NCBI GenBank assembly: GCA_963769935.1
Contig: CAVYNY010000022.1
Span: 480,001 to 544,000 of the forward strand
Source of the DNA: an uncultured delta proteobacterium
Lineage (GTDB): Bacteria; Desulfobacterota; Desulfobacteria; Desulfobacterales; JAFDCJ01
Direction of reading: 5' to 3'
Length of the DNA: 64,000 bases
The translations under genes were made by a program, and so were the position numbers. The notes beneath the pieces were generated by a model. That model saw nothing but the letters and a program-made list of their open reading frames with translations. It searched no databases and was not told the origin of the DNA. Shown here in pieces: positions 10,898 through 21,474 of this stretch. Each line of letters starts with the position of its first letter. The first letter of the stretch is position 1.

Positions 10898-13023
10898 TTA
10901 TCGACCAATTCAAAAACGATTTCTTTCTTTATCGGTTTGGCAATATAATCATTCATGCCGGCTGCCAGACACATTTCCCGGTCGCCTTTCATTGCATGCG
11001 CCGTCATGGCAATGATCGGTATTTGTTCAAATCCCTCCGACCGTATTTTCCGGGTTGCTTCCAGTCCGTCCATCTCAGGCATCTGAACATCCATAAAGAC
11101 CAAATCGTATTGCCCGGACGACGTGCAAAACTTTTCGAATGCCTCCCGGCCGTTATTGGCCAGCTCAACCTGATACCCCGCTTTGGTCAATATCGCCTGG
11201 ATTAACTTCTGATTTACCGGGTGATCTTCGGCGATGAGCAAACTCACCGACGCGCTGGGTCTCCCCTGTTTTGGCGAATTCACCTTAGCCTGGCCGGAAG
11301 GATTTTTTTTCTCCGAGCCAATGCCGTCACGACCTTCAGATAATTTCGGCTCCGACCTTTCTACCCAGGCTGTGAAGTGCAGCTCGCTGCCGATGCTTAC
11401 CTGATCGGCCGCCCAGATATTTCCACCCATGAGTTTTGCCAGCTGGCGGCAAATTGTCAGCCCCAGGCCGCTGCCGCCGTATTTTCTCGTAGTTGATCCA
11501 TCGGCCTGTTGAAACGGGTTGAAGATCGTATCCAATTTATCCTGCGGGATGCCAATCCCCGAATCCTTGATAATGCCGTGCAGCATAATTTTATTATCCT
11601 CAGTCTTTTCAACCATCAGACCGACAGTAATCTTCCCGGCGGTGGTAAATTTGGCGGCATTGTCAACGAGGTTTAAAAGGATCTGCTGAAAGCGGGCAGG
11701 ATCGCCTTTGACAAACCGGGGCAGATCTTTTTCAATTCGATATTCGATCTGAATCCGTCTGGAGTCAATTTTGGGCCGTATCAAGTCGCATACGTCCGAA
11801 ACAATTTTTTGCGGACAGAAATCGATCGCCTCGATCGTCAATTCCCTTGCTTCAATTTTGGAAAAATCTAAAATGTCGTTTATCAGGGTGAGCAGCATTG
11901 CGCCGCTGCTTTTTATCATTTCGGCATATTCAATCTGGGTCTCATCGAGATTGGCTTCCAGCAGCATATCCGTGAAACCGATGACGGCATTCATGGGTGT
12001 GCGGATTTCGTGGCTCATATTCGCCAAAAATTCACTTTTGGCCACGTTGGCACTTTCAGCGGCCTCCCTCGCATCGACCAGATCGGTTACGTCCACAAAT
12101 GATTCAACCGTTCCGATGACGGCACCCGAGTCTTCGTCAGTACGTATGATTTCAGCATTCTTAATAATTTTGCGCTCCAAGCCGCTTCCGGTACAAATTC
12201 GATCCTGATTTTTAAACAAACGGGTGCCGCCCTCCGGATCGAGCAACGGGCATACGGTTGGGCAAAATTTCTGTTTCAGCATGCTGCATTTTTCTCCGAT
12301 GATCTCTTGGCGGCTGAAGCCGGTCAGAGAGCAAAACTCTTCGTTGACATCCATAATTCGCCGCTCGGCGTCTACGGTGAAAATGGCGGTGGCGGCGTTA
12401 TCCAGAATTTTTTGCTGCAAGCGGCCGGTTTTCTTCAACTGCTCATTGGTCATGCGAAGTTCGGCGGTTTGCCGGTCGATTTCAGATTTCAACTTCCGTG
12501 AATATTCCAATTGCTGCTGCTGGATAATTTGAAAATTGCGGTGATTATCCTGAAGAATTTCCTGGTATTTCTTTTCCAGAACTTGAACTTTCCGATTAAG
12601 CTGCTTTTTTTGAATCACCAGATAATCCTGCTCATCCCGCAAAGATTTGCGGGATAGATACAACTCGACACATAATCTTATGATGGCCATACCATAATTG
12701 CTCATGGTGGCATCCGGCGTTTGTTCGAACAACCCCAGAAGCAGAACGGCCTTCAACTCGCTGATAGGCAACGCGTAAACAAATCTTCCGGCGGCGAGTT
12801 CGAAATGAATTAACTTGCATTCCTTTATCGCCGTTTCAACGATGCAAGCCCGCACGTTTTGAGATAACGGCAGTTTTTCCGCCAGCGATACCACCCCGCC
12901 GTTGTTTAAAACAAGCTGAAAGCAGATATCCGGCGCACTTTTATGGAGCAGCACGAGCAGTTGCTGCAAATCATTATTGGCCTCTGCAAAATCACTGAAC
13001 AGGTCTAATTCAATATCAAACAC
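10870..13023 (-). CDS. Hybrid sensor histidine kinase (PAS-HisKA-HATPase-REC)
   Basis: FLANMSHEIRTPMN, NLVDNAAKFT, DSGIGI, GGSGLGL, MDVQMPEMDG. Confidence 0.95.
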   Translation of the reverse strand: MFDIELDLFSDFAEANNDLQQLLVLLHKSAPDICFQLVLNNGGVVSLAEKLPLSQNVRACIVETAIKECKLIHFELAAGRFVYALPISELKAVLLLGLFEQTPDATMSNYGMAIIRLCVELYLSRKSLRDEQDYLVIQKKQLNRKVQVLEKKYQEILQDNHRNFQIIQQQQLEYSRKLKSEIDRQTAELRMTNEQLKKTGRLQQKILDNAATAIFTVDAERRIMDVNEEFCSLTGFSRQEIIGEKCSMLKQKFCPTVCPLLDPEGGTRLFKNQDRICTGSGLERKIIKNAEIIRTDEDSGAVIGTVESFVDVTDLVDAREAAESANVAKSEFLANMSHEIRTPMNAVIGFTDMLLEANLDETQIEYAEMIKSSGAMLLTLINDILDFSKIEARELTIEAIDFCPQKIVSDVCDLIRPKIDSRRIQIEYRIEKDLPRFVKGDPARFQQILLNLVDNAAKFTTAGKITVGLMVEKTEDNKIMLHGIIKDSGIGIPQDKLDTIFNPFQQADGSTTRKYGGSGLGLTICRQLAKLMGGNIWAADQVSIGSELHFTAWVERSEPKLSEGRDGIGSEKKNPSGQAKVNSPKQGRPSASVSLLIAEDHPVNQKLIQAILTKAGYQVELANNGREAFEKFCTSSGQYDLVFMDVQMPEMDGLEATRKIRSEGFEQIPIIAMTAHAMKGDREMCLAAGMNDYIAKPIKKEIVFELVDNWVMKRKIA

Positions 13024-13025
13024 GG

Positions 13026-13883
13026 CTACACCCTTCGGGTTTCGTAAATTTCTCTGGCCTTGGCCATTTCCTCAGGCAAATCCTTGGCCAGAGATTTATA
13101 TTCCATGAGATTGTCGCGGATATGCTCGAACAATGGCGGCGAGAGACTGGTTGCCATGCCATTGACAGCCGGATAGTTCGATTTTGTTACGATATATTCG
13201 GCCAGCTGGATAATTCCCCCGACGCTGGAGGGCGAAACGTTGGCCATCATTTTATGATGGCGCTTGATGGCCTTGATGACATCATACGGGAGTTTCCAAT
13301 CCTGAGCCAATAAATACCCCACTGTGCAATGGTCGGTCCCCATCATATCGCGCTCATAGGCGGTAAAGGTCCTGATTGACGGATCGCAGGCCCGGCAGCA
13401 CTGCATGAAAAGATCATGCTGGGTCTGGTCTTCGACGATCATCCCAATGTCATGCAAAATTCCGCATAAAAAGGCATCTTCGCCCTTTTCCTGAAAAATG
13501 CGTTCCGAAATCATCTGGCTGCAAATACTGACGGCTGCGCAGTGCAGCCACAGTTTTCTTCTCGAAAATGTCTCCTCATCCGAACTGATCTTGAAAATAT
13601 CTTTGAGGGCCTGGATAACCACCATGTTGCGCAGATTTTTCATGCCGAGGAGAATAACGGCGCGGGAAACATTCTCAACCTTTTGTTGCAGTCCGTAGTA
13701 AGGGCTGTTGACCAATCGAAGCAGACGCATGACCAGGGTGGGATCCATTTTGATGATTTTTTCAAATTCTTTAATCGTGCTGTTTTCATCTGCGATCAGT
13801 TGAGACAGGTGAATCGCCACATGCGGCAGTGTTTTCACTTTATTGAATTTCTTCAACAGCGCGCGAGCCGTTTTCATGTTCAC
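13026..13883 (-). CDS. HDOD domain protein
   Basis: TLPHVA, DPTL..RLL.LVNSPYYG, GILHDIG, W.LP..HH. Confidence 0.9.
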   Translation of the reverse strand: MNMKTARALLKKFNKVKTLPHVAIHLSQLIADENSTIKEFEKIIKMDPTLVMRLLRLVNSPYYGLQQKVENVSRAVILLGMKNLRNMVVIQALKDIFKISSDEETFSRRKLWLHCAAVSICSQMISERIFQEKGEDAFLCGILHDIGMIVEDQTQHDLFMQCCRACDPSIRTFTAYERDMMGTDHCTVGYLLAQDWKLPYDVIKAIKRHHKMMANVSPSSVGGIIQLAEYIVTKSNYPAVNGMATSLSPPLFEHIRDNLMEYKSLAKDLPEEMAKAREIYETRRV

Positions 13884-14413
13884 CTTTCCCCAAAATCAGT
13901 CGCGATATCCGGCCCGCTTGAAAGCGAGGGCAATCAAATTTTGTGATAAGTCGCTGAGATTCTATTTAATGCGGTATTATACTTATCGGCTGAAATGCGC
14001 CGGGCTTTAGAGAAAACTAAAGTGTTGATCCGGTTGAAGACCGGCCGGCCGATCAAAATAAAAATAAAATTCAAGGTGACTGTTTAGATGCCTGGAAAGA
14101 CGCGGTAACAGGGTGCAAGATTAGAATCGCCCGGCGGGACGACCCAGGCAACCCAGATAAAATCATCCCGGGGCAGTGGCAAAATTTAAAAATGGTGCAT
14201 ATTATATTGATGTTTTTGCATGACCCGGACCGACCCAAACCGATTTGGTATTAAATTACAGTTGCTTAATCGACCTCAACCCAACCTTCCTGCCGTGGCC
14301 GGGATCGGGCGCAGCCGGCGGGATCGCCGGTTTGGTGCCGCAGAGCGCCTTATCGGCCGGTATCTTCGATGAATTGGTTTTACCGGCCCGAGTGGATGTT
14401 AGGATCTGAAACC

Positions 14414-17345
14414 ATGAAGCGATCCTTGTCGATCAGCATTTTTATTACCGTTCTAATTTCCGTGGCCGGCACCGGCGCAGCGACGCCCTTGCCCGACGCC
14501 CAAACCTTGCGCGGATGGGTGCAGGAGATGAAAAACGCCCCCCGGGGACCTTTTGCGCGCCTGCGTTGGTTTTGCAGTGACGGCGCGATCCTGCCTCCCA
14601 AAGAATATGCCTGCCAAGATCACGGGGGCGGCGTGCAGCACGGAGAATGGACCGACCAGGTAAAATTGATGCGGGACAACGGGTATTTCATTGCCAATGT
14701 TTATGCCGACATTGATCCGACCCGGTTGCAGGAGGATCCGCAACAGATTGAAATCATAAAGCAAATGATTCTGGAACGGTTCCTGAGCGATGCGGACGAC
14801 GGCTGGATTTTCCACCGGGCCCGATACTACCGCGGAGCGTTGCAGACCGAAGACGAGATTCGGGGAGGCCGGGGGCTTCTGCTGGCTCTGGTTCAAGATC
14901 CGGCCTGGCGTCAGAAAAGGTTTCTCGTGCTGCGGGAAGCCGTCCGCTTCATGCCCCACGGCCGCAAAAACGCACCGGTCAGTGAAATGCGCCAGCTTGC
15001 CCAATCGATTGCCGAGCAAGACCAAAATTTTGAAAATTTGCGGAACAAAATTCATGTTCACCCGGAGTTAAGCGATGCCGCGCAGGTTCGCACCTATGCC
15101 AAGAAACGCGGCGTTGCCGAACTATCCGGCGATTATGAACGTCTGGCGCAGACTATCGAAGAAATTTACCTGCCCCGGGACGTCGTTCCCGTCCTTTTCT
15201 CCCTGGCCAAGCAGATCAAAAATACCGAGTTAAAGCAGCAAATCAGGCAGGCTGCTGCGAAACTGCGGGATCAGACCGATCCGGCGGCCAGCTTCACGGT
15301 TGCCAACCGCTTACTGGCAACACTGCGGGCCGATATGCTTCAAACCGGCGGCGCCGGCCGGAAACTGGCGCTGGTGGATGCCAGCCTGGTGCTGGAGGGC
15401 GACCTGTATCGCAGCGGCAATCAATTATTGGAGACGCTTTCCGGGAGCTCCCGCCGGCAGCGGATAGTATGGCTGGGCGATTGTACCGACGGTCTTTACG
15501 GAATCGGCCTGCTTTCTTCACGTCAGCAGCGGGCCCTGCATAATAATTTTCAAAGGCTGCTCAACGCCAACCCTGCATTAAAAGACTACCAGGGCGCATT
15601 GGACTACGCTGCCCGCGTTCCGGAATGGGCCGATCGACAGCTGAGATTTCATTTTGCCGAATCCGTGGCCCATCTCGCCGAAATCGAGCCGCTCACCCGG
15701 CGCTACATTCATGACCGGCTGCGCGGCAGTCTGCTGCTGACGTATTCCGCACTTTTGGAAAGTTTGCTGGCCGATGCCGGCAGCCAGTTGGGAATCGATA
15801 ACGACCTGTTCGGTCAGAAACTGACCTCCGGTTTGCGCGGATTGAATGCCGGGCTGGCGCGCGGCACGCTCAGAAAGCCTGAAAAGAATAATCATTTGCA
15901 GATCCATGACCGCAGCGGTATCTACGTCCTGCCTGCAACCACCGAAGATTTGCCCCCGGTAGCCGGCATCATCACCGCCGGCAAGGGAAATATCCTCTCG
16001 CATGTTCAACTCCTGGCCCGCAATCTGGGCATACCCAATGTGGCGATAGATGAAGAACTGCTCCAACGCATTAACGCCAGAATCGGCACCAGGGTTGTAC
16101 TGGCTGTGAGCTCCCGCGGCGTCGTGGAACTGGTTGCAGACGGACCCGACTGGAACAAGGTATTTGCCGCAGAAACCAGGGCCCAGGACGTTGTCATTCG
16201 TCCGGATCTGACCAAACTGGATCTTTACAATGTCGGCTTTATTCCGCTGCGACAGATGCGGGCGACCGATTCAGGCCGGATCGCCGGACCCAAAGCCGCC
16301 AACCTGGGTGAACTCAAACATTATTTTCCCGAGGCCGTGACCAAGGGTCTGGTAATTCCTTTCGGACACTTCCGGGCCCTGCTGGATCAGCCCCTTGAAC
16401 CCGGCGGCCCCAGTGTGTTCGGCTGGATGCAGCAGCAATATCAAACGATCCAGAGCCTTGCCGGCCGGCCCCGCGAACAGGAAACCCTCACCCGTCAAGT
16501 TCCTGGAAAGAATGCGGGACTGGATCAGCAATGCCGATCCCGGAGAAGACTTTCGCCGGCGTCTGAAAGAGGCCATGGATGAAAATTTCGGTCCGGATGG
16601 CACTTACGGCGTATTTGTACGCAGCGACACCAATGTAGAAGATCTGCCGGGTTTTACCGGTGCCGGCCTGAACCTCACCGTCCCCAATGTGGTCGGTTTT
16701 GAAAACGTGCTGCAGGCGATCAATCGGGTCTGGGCGTCGCCATTTACCGAGCGTGCCTATCGCTGGCGTCAGGCCTACATGCAGACTCCGGAACATATTT
16801 ACGTCTCCGTGCTGCTGTTAAAAAGCGTACCGTCAGACAAATCCGGTGTCATGGTCACGGCCGACGTGAACACCGGACAACCCGGCTGGCTAACCATCGC
16901 CGTCAACGAAGGGGTCAGCGGCGCTGTTTCCGGCCAAACCGCCGAGGAGCTGCGGATTCAACCGGCCGACGGCGACGTGCAGCTGCTGTCGTCCGCCACC
17001 GAGCCATACAAGCGGGTATTATTAAAGGAAGGCGGTGTGTCCAAGATCCCGGTCGACGGCGGCGAGGCTGTTTTGAGCCCCCAAGAGATCGAGCGGTTGA
17101 TAAAATTTGCCGGTAGCCTACCGGACCGATTCCCCATGCTGCAAAACGCCCAGGGCCAGACGGCTCCCGCCGATATCGAATTTGGATTTTACAACGACCG
17201 GCTGGTGCTCTTTCAAATCCGTCCCTTTCTGGATAACCCCCGCGCCCGCCAAAATATTTTTCTGAATCAGCTGGATCAAAGGCTGGAGGAAAAACAGAGC
17301 CTGCTTATTGATCTGGACCGGATTCCGGATGAGGAAACCAATTGA
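14414..17345 (+). CDS. Exported PEP-utilising/dikinase-family enzyme (His domain followed by ATP-grasp); apparent frameshift near 16497
   Basis: Signal peptide MKRSLSISIFITVLISVAGTGA; phospho-His motif GNILSHVQLLARN (His codon 16001-16003); GPKAANLGEL, FVRSDTNVEDLPGFTGAGLN, DIEFGF, LFQIRP; ORFs 14369..16582 and 16395..17345 join if one base is removed. Confidence 0.85.
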
Positions 17346-18607
17346 AAACATTCACCAAATTCGGCTTTTGGGCATTCGTTTTAATCTGGGTTCAAAACGG
17401 CTGGTCATACCCGCTGGACGGTTATCCCGCGACGGGAATTTTGCGGCTGGAAGGTTTTCGACTGGCACAGCAGGGCAGCGTAGCGGGAATCCGGCTGCCG
17501 CCCGGCGCGCTGCTCCCAAAAGACCAGGTCGATCTGCGTTTGACTGAATATCCCGATTTTCAGATGCCGGCGGTCGATCCGGAGTTTTCGGCGCAGATTG
17601 ATACGCTTCTGGGAGAAGATGCCGACAATTACGGGATTGCGGTACTGGATTTGACCGATATCAAGGCGCCGCGCTATGCCGAACATCGCGGCAGCTATCG
17701 CGCCAATCCCGGCAGCGTCGGCAAACTCGTCGTAGCGCTGGGAATTTTTCAGGCGCTGGCGGATATCTACCCCGATGACGTCGACAAACGGCAGCGCGTC
17801 CTGCATGATACGGTGGTCACGGCCGACCAGTTCATCCAAACCGATCATCACAAGGTGCCGTGGTGGACGCCGGACAGCAAGAAAATCAGCTATCGCCCGA
17901 TCCGGGTCGGCGACCAGGCCAATCTGTGGACCTACCTTGACTGGATGCTGTCTGCCAGCTCAAATGCGGCGGCCAGTATGGTGATCAGGGAGCTGATGCT
18001 CCTGGTGCAGTTTGGCCGGGACTATCCGCTCAGCCCCGAGGCGGCCGCTCATTTTTTTGCCGCCACGCCGCGCGGACAGCTTTCACAGCTGTTGTCCCGG
18101 AGTTTGCAGGAGCCCGTAACCCGCAATGTCCTGGATCTGGGAAATCTTCGGCAGGGGTCTTTTTTTACCTGGAAGGGCAAGCAGCTCGTGCCGGGCACCA
18201 CCAGCCAGGCCAGCCCCGTGGAGCTGATGCGGTATCTGGTGAAGATGGAGCAGGGGCGTCTGGTGGATACCTTTTCCAGCCGGGAAATCAAACGTCTGAT
18301 TTACATGACGCAGGGCCGTATCCGCTACGCCTCGGCACCGGCGCTTTACCCGGCCGCCGTTTATTTCAAATCCGGCTCCTTGTACAAATGCCGGGCGGAA
18401 CCGAATTTCAAATGCGGCAAATACCAGGGCAACGTGGTGAACATGCTAAATTCGCTGGCAATTGTCGAATTCCCGGCAGCTGAGCGCAAAATCTATTATA
18501 TGGTGGCGGTGATGTCCAATGTTTTGCGGAAAAATTCGGCGGTAGCCCATCAGACCTTGGCCAGCCGCATCCAGAGATTGATGGAGGCGTATCATCGGGG
18601 GCGATAA
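17342..18607 (+). CDS. Exported serine hydrolase, class A beta-lactamase/PBP-like fold
   Basis: Signal peptide; SVGK (SxxK), SSN (SxN), KSG; TTG start overlaps upstream TGA. Confidence 0.85.
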   Translation: MKTFTKFGFWAFVLIWVQNGWSYPLDGYPATGILRLEGFRLAQQGSVAGIRLPPGALLPKDQVDLRLTEYPDFQMPAVDPEFSAQIDTLLGEDADNYGIAVLDLTDIKAPRYAEHRGSYRANPGSVGKLVVALGIFQALADIYPDDVDKRQRVLHDTVVTADQFIQTDHHKVPWWTPDSKKISYRPIRVGDQANLWTYLDWMLSASSNAAASMVIRELMLLVQFGRDYPLSPEAAAHFFAATPRGQLSQLLSRSLQEPVTRNVLDLGNLRQGSFFTWKGKQLVPGTTSQASPVELMRYLVKMEQGRLVDTFSSREIKRLIYMTQGRIRYASAPALYPAAVYFKSGSLYKCRAEPNFKCGKYQGNVVNMLNSLAIVEFPAAERKIYYMVAVMSNVLRKNSAVAHQTLASRIQRLMEAYHRGR

Positions 18608-18741
18608 AATTACTGGGCTTATTGTCGGCGACGACCTGGACCGGATAGGCTTGTGTGAAACTTCAGGCAAACGAGGCGGGTATCATGTTGCATGGATAGA
18701 AGAGTCAGAAAGGGAACAACGGCAAGTGACCAGCAAGGCAT

Positions 18742-18988
18742 AAATTTCAATTTCCAAGCACCAAATCTCAAATAAATTCCAAATCACAATAATCAATGAC
18801 CGAAACCAGCCAAGCCAAGGAAATCCGGCTGATCTATTTTTTTCGTGTCATTGAACTTTCGTGTTTGGTAACCAAAGAATCGCTTACTTATTTGAAGTAA
18901 GGACCCAAACGAATGAGATCCCGTTTGGAATTTTGAATTTTGGCGATTGTAATTTATTTGGGATTTGTTATTTGGAATTTGTGATTTT
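18742..18988. repeat. Inverted heptamer-repeat element: two ~65-bp arms around a ~115-bp spacer
   Basis: Left arm aaatttc aatttcc aagcacc aaatctc aaat aaattcc aaatcac aataatc aatgacc gaaac; reverse complement of right arm (18923-18988) has the same 4x7+aaat+4x7+aaac layout. Confidence 0.75.
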
Positions 18989-19067
18989 GATTGACGCCAG
19001 CCCTGACACCTAAAACCATCGATCTCCAATCATTTCTTGTTGGAAAAAATGGTCTAAGGTTCCACGT

Positions 19068-19970
19068 CTAGTTTACGGCGGGGTGTGAGGGGTTGGTTTG
19101 AAAAATAAGATTGTCCATGGCCACAATCAATTCCCTTAGCCATAGGCCGCCCAGGCTGCTTTGGGCCAGCGCCACGGCAATATAGCGGCGGCCGTCATGC
19201 TCGATAATAGCGCTGTCCGCATGGTAATTACCCCAGGTTCCGGATTTACGAAAGATGCGAGAGTCCGGGTGGATCGCCTTCAGCCCTTTGACAAACTTGT
19301 GGTTGATGGCCGGGTGGCCGAGAATTTTTTTCATCTGGCGGCTGCTCTCGGGAGAAACCAGCCGGCCGGTTTGGAGCATGTAATAAAAACGGGCGACCTG
19401 GAAGGCGGTGGCACCGTGAGAAAGGTTGTGAAGCGGATCGCGTTTCCAGGCCCCGGCTTTGCTGTACTCTTTGCCGACCCACAGGCCCCCGTTTCGTGCC
19501 GGGTCATAAAGCCGGTAGCGGTTCGATTGCAGCAAATCGGCCAGATAGGCTTTGCCCACCTGGTTGAGAATTTCCGTGGCAGCCTGATTGGATGAGTTGC
19601 GAATCATCAATGCCAGCTTCTCCCGGGTAGCTGCATCCAGTTCCATCTCGCCGTGGGCGATGCGCTCAAAGGCACCCAGCAGAATGGCAATTTTAGGCAG
19701 ACTGGCGGCGTACATCATCTCATCGGGGTTGACATAGGCCATGCGGGGGGATGCCGGGTCCGTGATGTCGACCAGCACGATGCTCAGAGATTTATGGCTG
19801 GCGGCCTTTTCGAGATTGAGGGAGACCAGACACGTCTGCAAACCTTTTTGCAATTTCGGGTCGCAGGTCTCAGACAATTCGGCAGGCAGACGGTGAGCGG
19901 AGAGCGTGGTGGCAAACAGGAAAAAACTGATAACGGTAAACCCTATCTTGAAGCCGTATCGCAGGATCAT
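19068..19970 (-). CDS. Exported serine hydrolase, class A beta-lactamase-like
   Basis: Signal peptide ..ATTLSA; SLPK, SSN, KSG motifs. Confidence 0.85.
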   Translation of the reverse strand: MILRYGFKIGFTVISFFLFATTLSAHRLPAELSETCDPKLQKGLQTCLVSLNLEKAASHKSLSIVLVDITDPASPRMAYVNPDEMMYAASLPKIAILLGAFERIAHGEMELDAATREKLALMIRNSSNQAATEILNQVGKAYLADLLQSNRYRLYDPARNGGLWVGKEYSKAGAWKRDPLHNLSHGATAFQVARFYYMLQTGRLVSPESSRQMKKILGHPAINHKFVKGLKAIHPDSRIFRKSGTWGNYHADSAIIEHDGRRYIAVALAQSSLGGLWLRELIVAMDNLIFQTNPSHPAVN

Positions 19971-20006
19971 GGTTATTATTATGATCGATATAGTAGGAAA
20001 GGGCAA

Positions 20007-21293
20007 GTGAAAAATTCAACAAAAATTGCACCGGCCGACTGCAACGGTAAATACATTGCGCTTCGAAAGCCGGGCGTGCGAGCGGCATTTCTGTTTGTCA
20101 ATTTTTTTCTTATTATTACGGCGTTATATCAGCTGAAACCAGCCAGCCGCTCCCTTTTTATCGATGCGCTGGGCGCCGAGCGTCTGCCCTACGTCTGGAT
20201 TATCACCGCCCTGACCATGGCCGCCTTTATTACCGTCTACCATCGCATGGTTGCACGTTACAGTCGAATTCATGTGGTCCTGGGCACCACTCTGGTCGTC
20301 AGCAGCCTGCTGGTCATATTTCGCATCTTGTTTAACTATCCCGGCAAGGTTATTCCGATTGGTTTTTATGTATTTGTTGATGTTCAGAGTGTCGTTCTGG
20401 TGGAGCAGTTCTGGAGCCTGACCGATGCGATCTATACCACCCGTGAGGGAAAATCCTGGTATGGGTTTGTAGGTACCGGCGGGCTGGTGGGCGGTGTGAC
20501 CGGCGGCGGCATTTCCGCGCTGCTGATCCGGTATACCTCCCTGCAAACCCCGGACTTGCTCCTGACGGCCGCCGCCACAGTCGGCCTGATCTCGGCCCTG
20601 ACCTGGTTGATGGGCCGCATCGGTCTGTACTGTGAGGTCGATAATACAGCCAGTATTGCATCGGACGGCCGAGGCGGCTGGCGCGCTTTGGGGCGCAACC
20701 GGTATTTGCTGTTAATTGCAGCTGTTTTACTGCTGGCCCAGCTGGTATCACCGTTGATCGACTACCAGTTTTTAAACGCGGTACAGGCTTCCTATCCGGG
20801 CCGGGAGGCCCGTACGGAATTTTTGTCTCTATTTTTCAGTATGTTGGGATTGATATCGATCGGCATTAACCTACTGATCACCCCGCTCATCCACCGGGTT
20901 TTCGGTGCCATTGTCGGGCTGCTGGTCCAGCCTCTGTTGATCAGTCTGTTTGCCTGGTGTTTCTTGTTTAAATCGACCCTCTTTTTTGGAGGGGCCGGAA
21001 AAATCAGTGACCGCGGGTTATCCTATTCCCTAAACCGGGCATCCAAGGAACTGCTCTATGTGCCGATCGATCCGGTGATCATTTACCAGGCCAAGGCCTG
21101 GATCGATATGTTCGGCTACCGGTTGTTCAAGGTTTCCGGATCCCTGCTGATCCTGCTGTTCACCCAGTGGCTGCCGGTAACCATCGGCATCGCCCAGCTG
21201 AGCTGGATTTCTGTCGCCATCTGCGGCGCCTGGATTGCCCTGATTATGGTTCTGCGCCAGCAATATCAACTGATAGCTGAAAAGGAAGGATAA
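20007..21293 (+). CDS. Npt1/Npt2 (TLC ATP/ADP translocase-like) MFS nucleotide transporter
   Basis: About 12 TM segments; LKPASRSLF, EQFWSL, YSLNRASKELLYVPI, AKAWIDMFGYR; GTG 20007 taken as start. Confidence 0.75.
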   Translation: MKNSTKIAPADCNGKYIALRKPGVRAAFLFVNFFLIITALYQLKPASRSLFIDALGAERLPYVWIITALTMAAFITVYHRMVARYSRIHVVLGTTLVVSSLLVIFRILFNYPGKVIPIGFYVFVDVQSVVLVEQFWSLTDAIYTTREGKSWYGFVGTGGLVGGVTGGGISALLIRYTSLQTPDLLLTAAATVGLISALTWLMGRIGLYCEVDNTASIASDGRGGWRALGRNRYLLLIAAVLLLAQLVSPLIDYQFLNAVQASYPGREARTEFLSLFFSMLGLISIGINLLITPLIHRVFGAIVGLLVQPLLISLFAWCFLFKSTLFFGGAGKISDRGLSYSLNRASKELLYVPIDPVIIYQAKAWIDMFGYRLFKVSGSLLILLFTQWLPVTIGIAQLSWISVAICGAWIALIMVLRQQYQLIAEKEG

Positions 21294-21330
21294 ACTGCTA
21301 TAATCCCAAAATTCCATTTTTCTCTCCGAT

Positions 21331-21472
21331 CCGTAGGCTCTACCAGCCGGAGGCCATCATTCCATTATTCCACGGGCTACTTGACGGCAAAAAACCACCC
21401 CGCTCTCCGAGCTGTAAGCTCTCCGAGCCGGAAGCTGGGGTGAAGCCAAAGCCGGGTCCTCTGGACCCGGAT
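21331..21472. repeat. Dispersed ~120-bp repeat copy A with terminal hairpin and nested short unit
   Basis: Aligns with 49060-49177; hairpin ccgggtcc-tct-ggacccgg. Confidence 0.8.
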
Positions 21473-21474
21473 CT

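Noticed and set aside
14414..17345. PEP synthase or rifampin phosphotransferase
   Set aside because: Domain order is reversed, no pyruvate-binding barrel, and a signal peptide is present
18742..18988. CRISPR array
   Set aside because: Degenerate 7-mers without spacers; no cas genes in the window
19653..20006. N-terminal 118 aa of the 546-aa ORF
   Set aside because: Antisense to the serine hydrolase gene; transporter similarity starts after 20007
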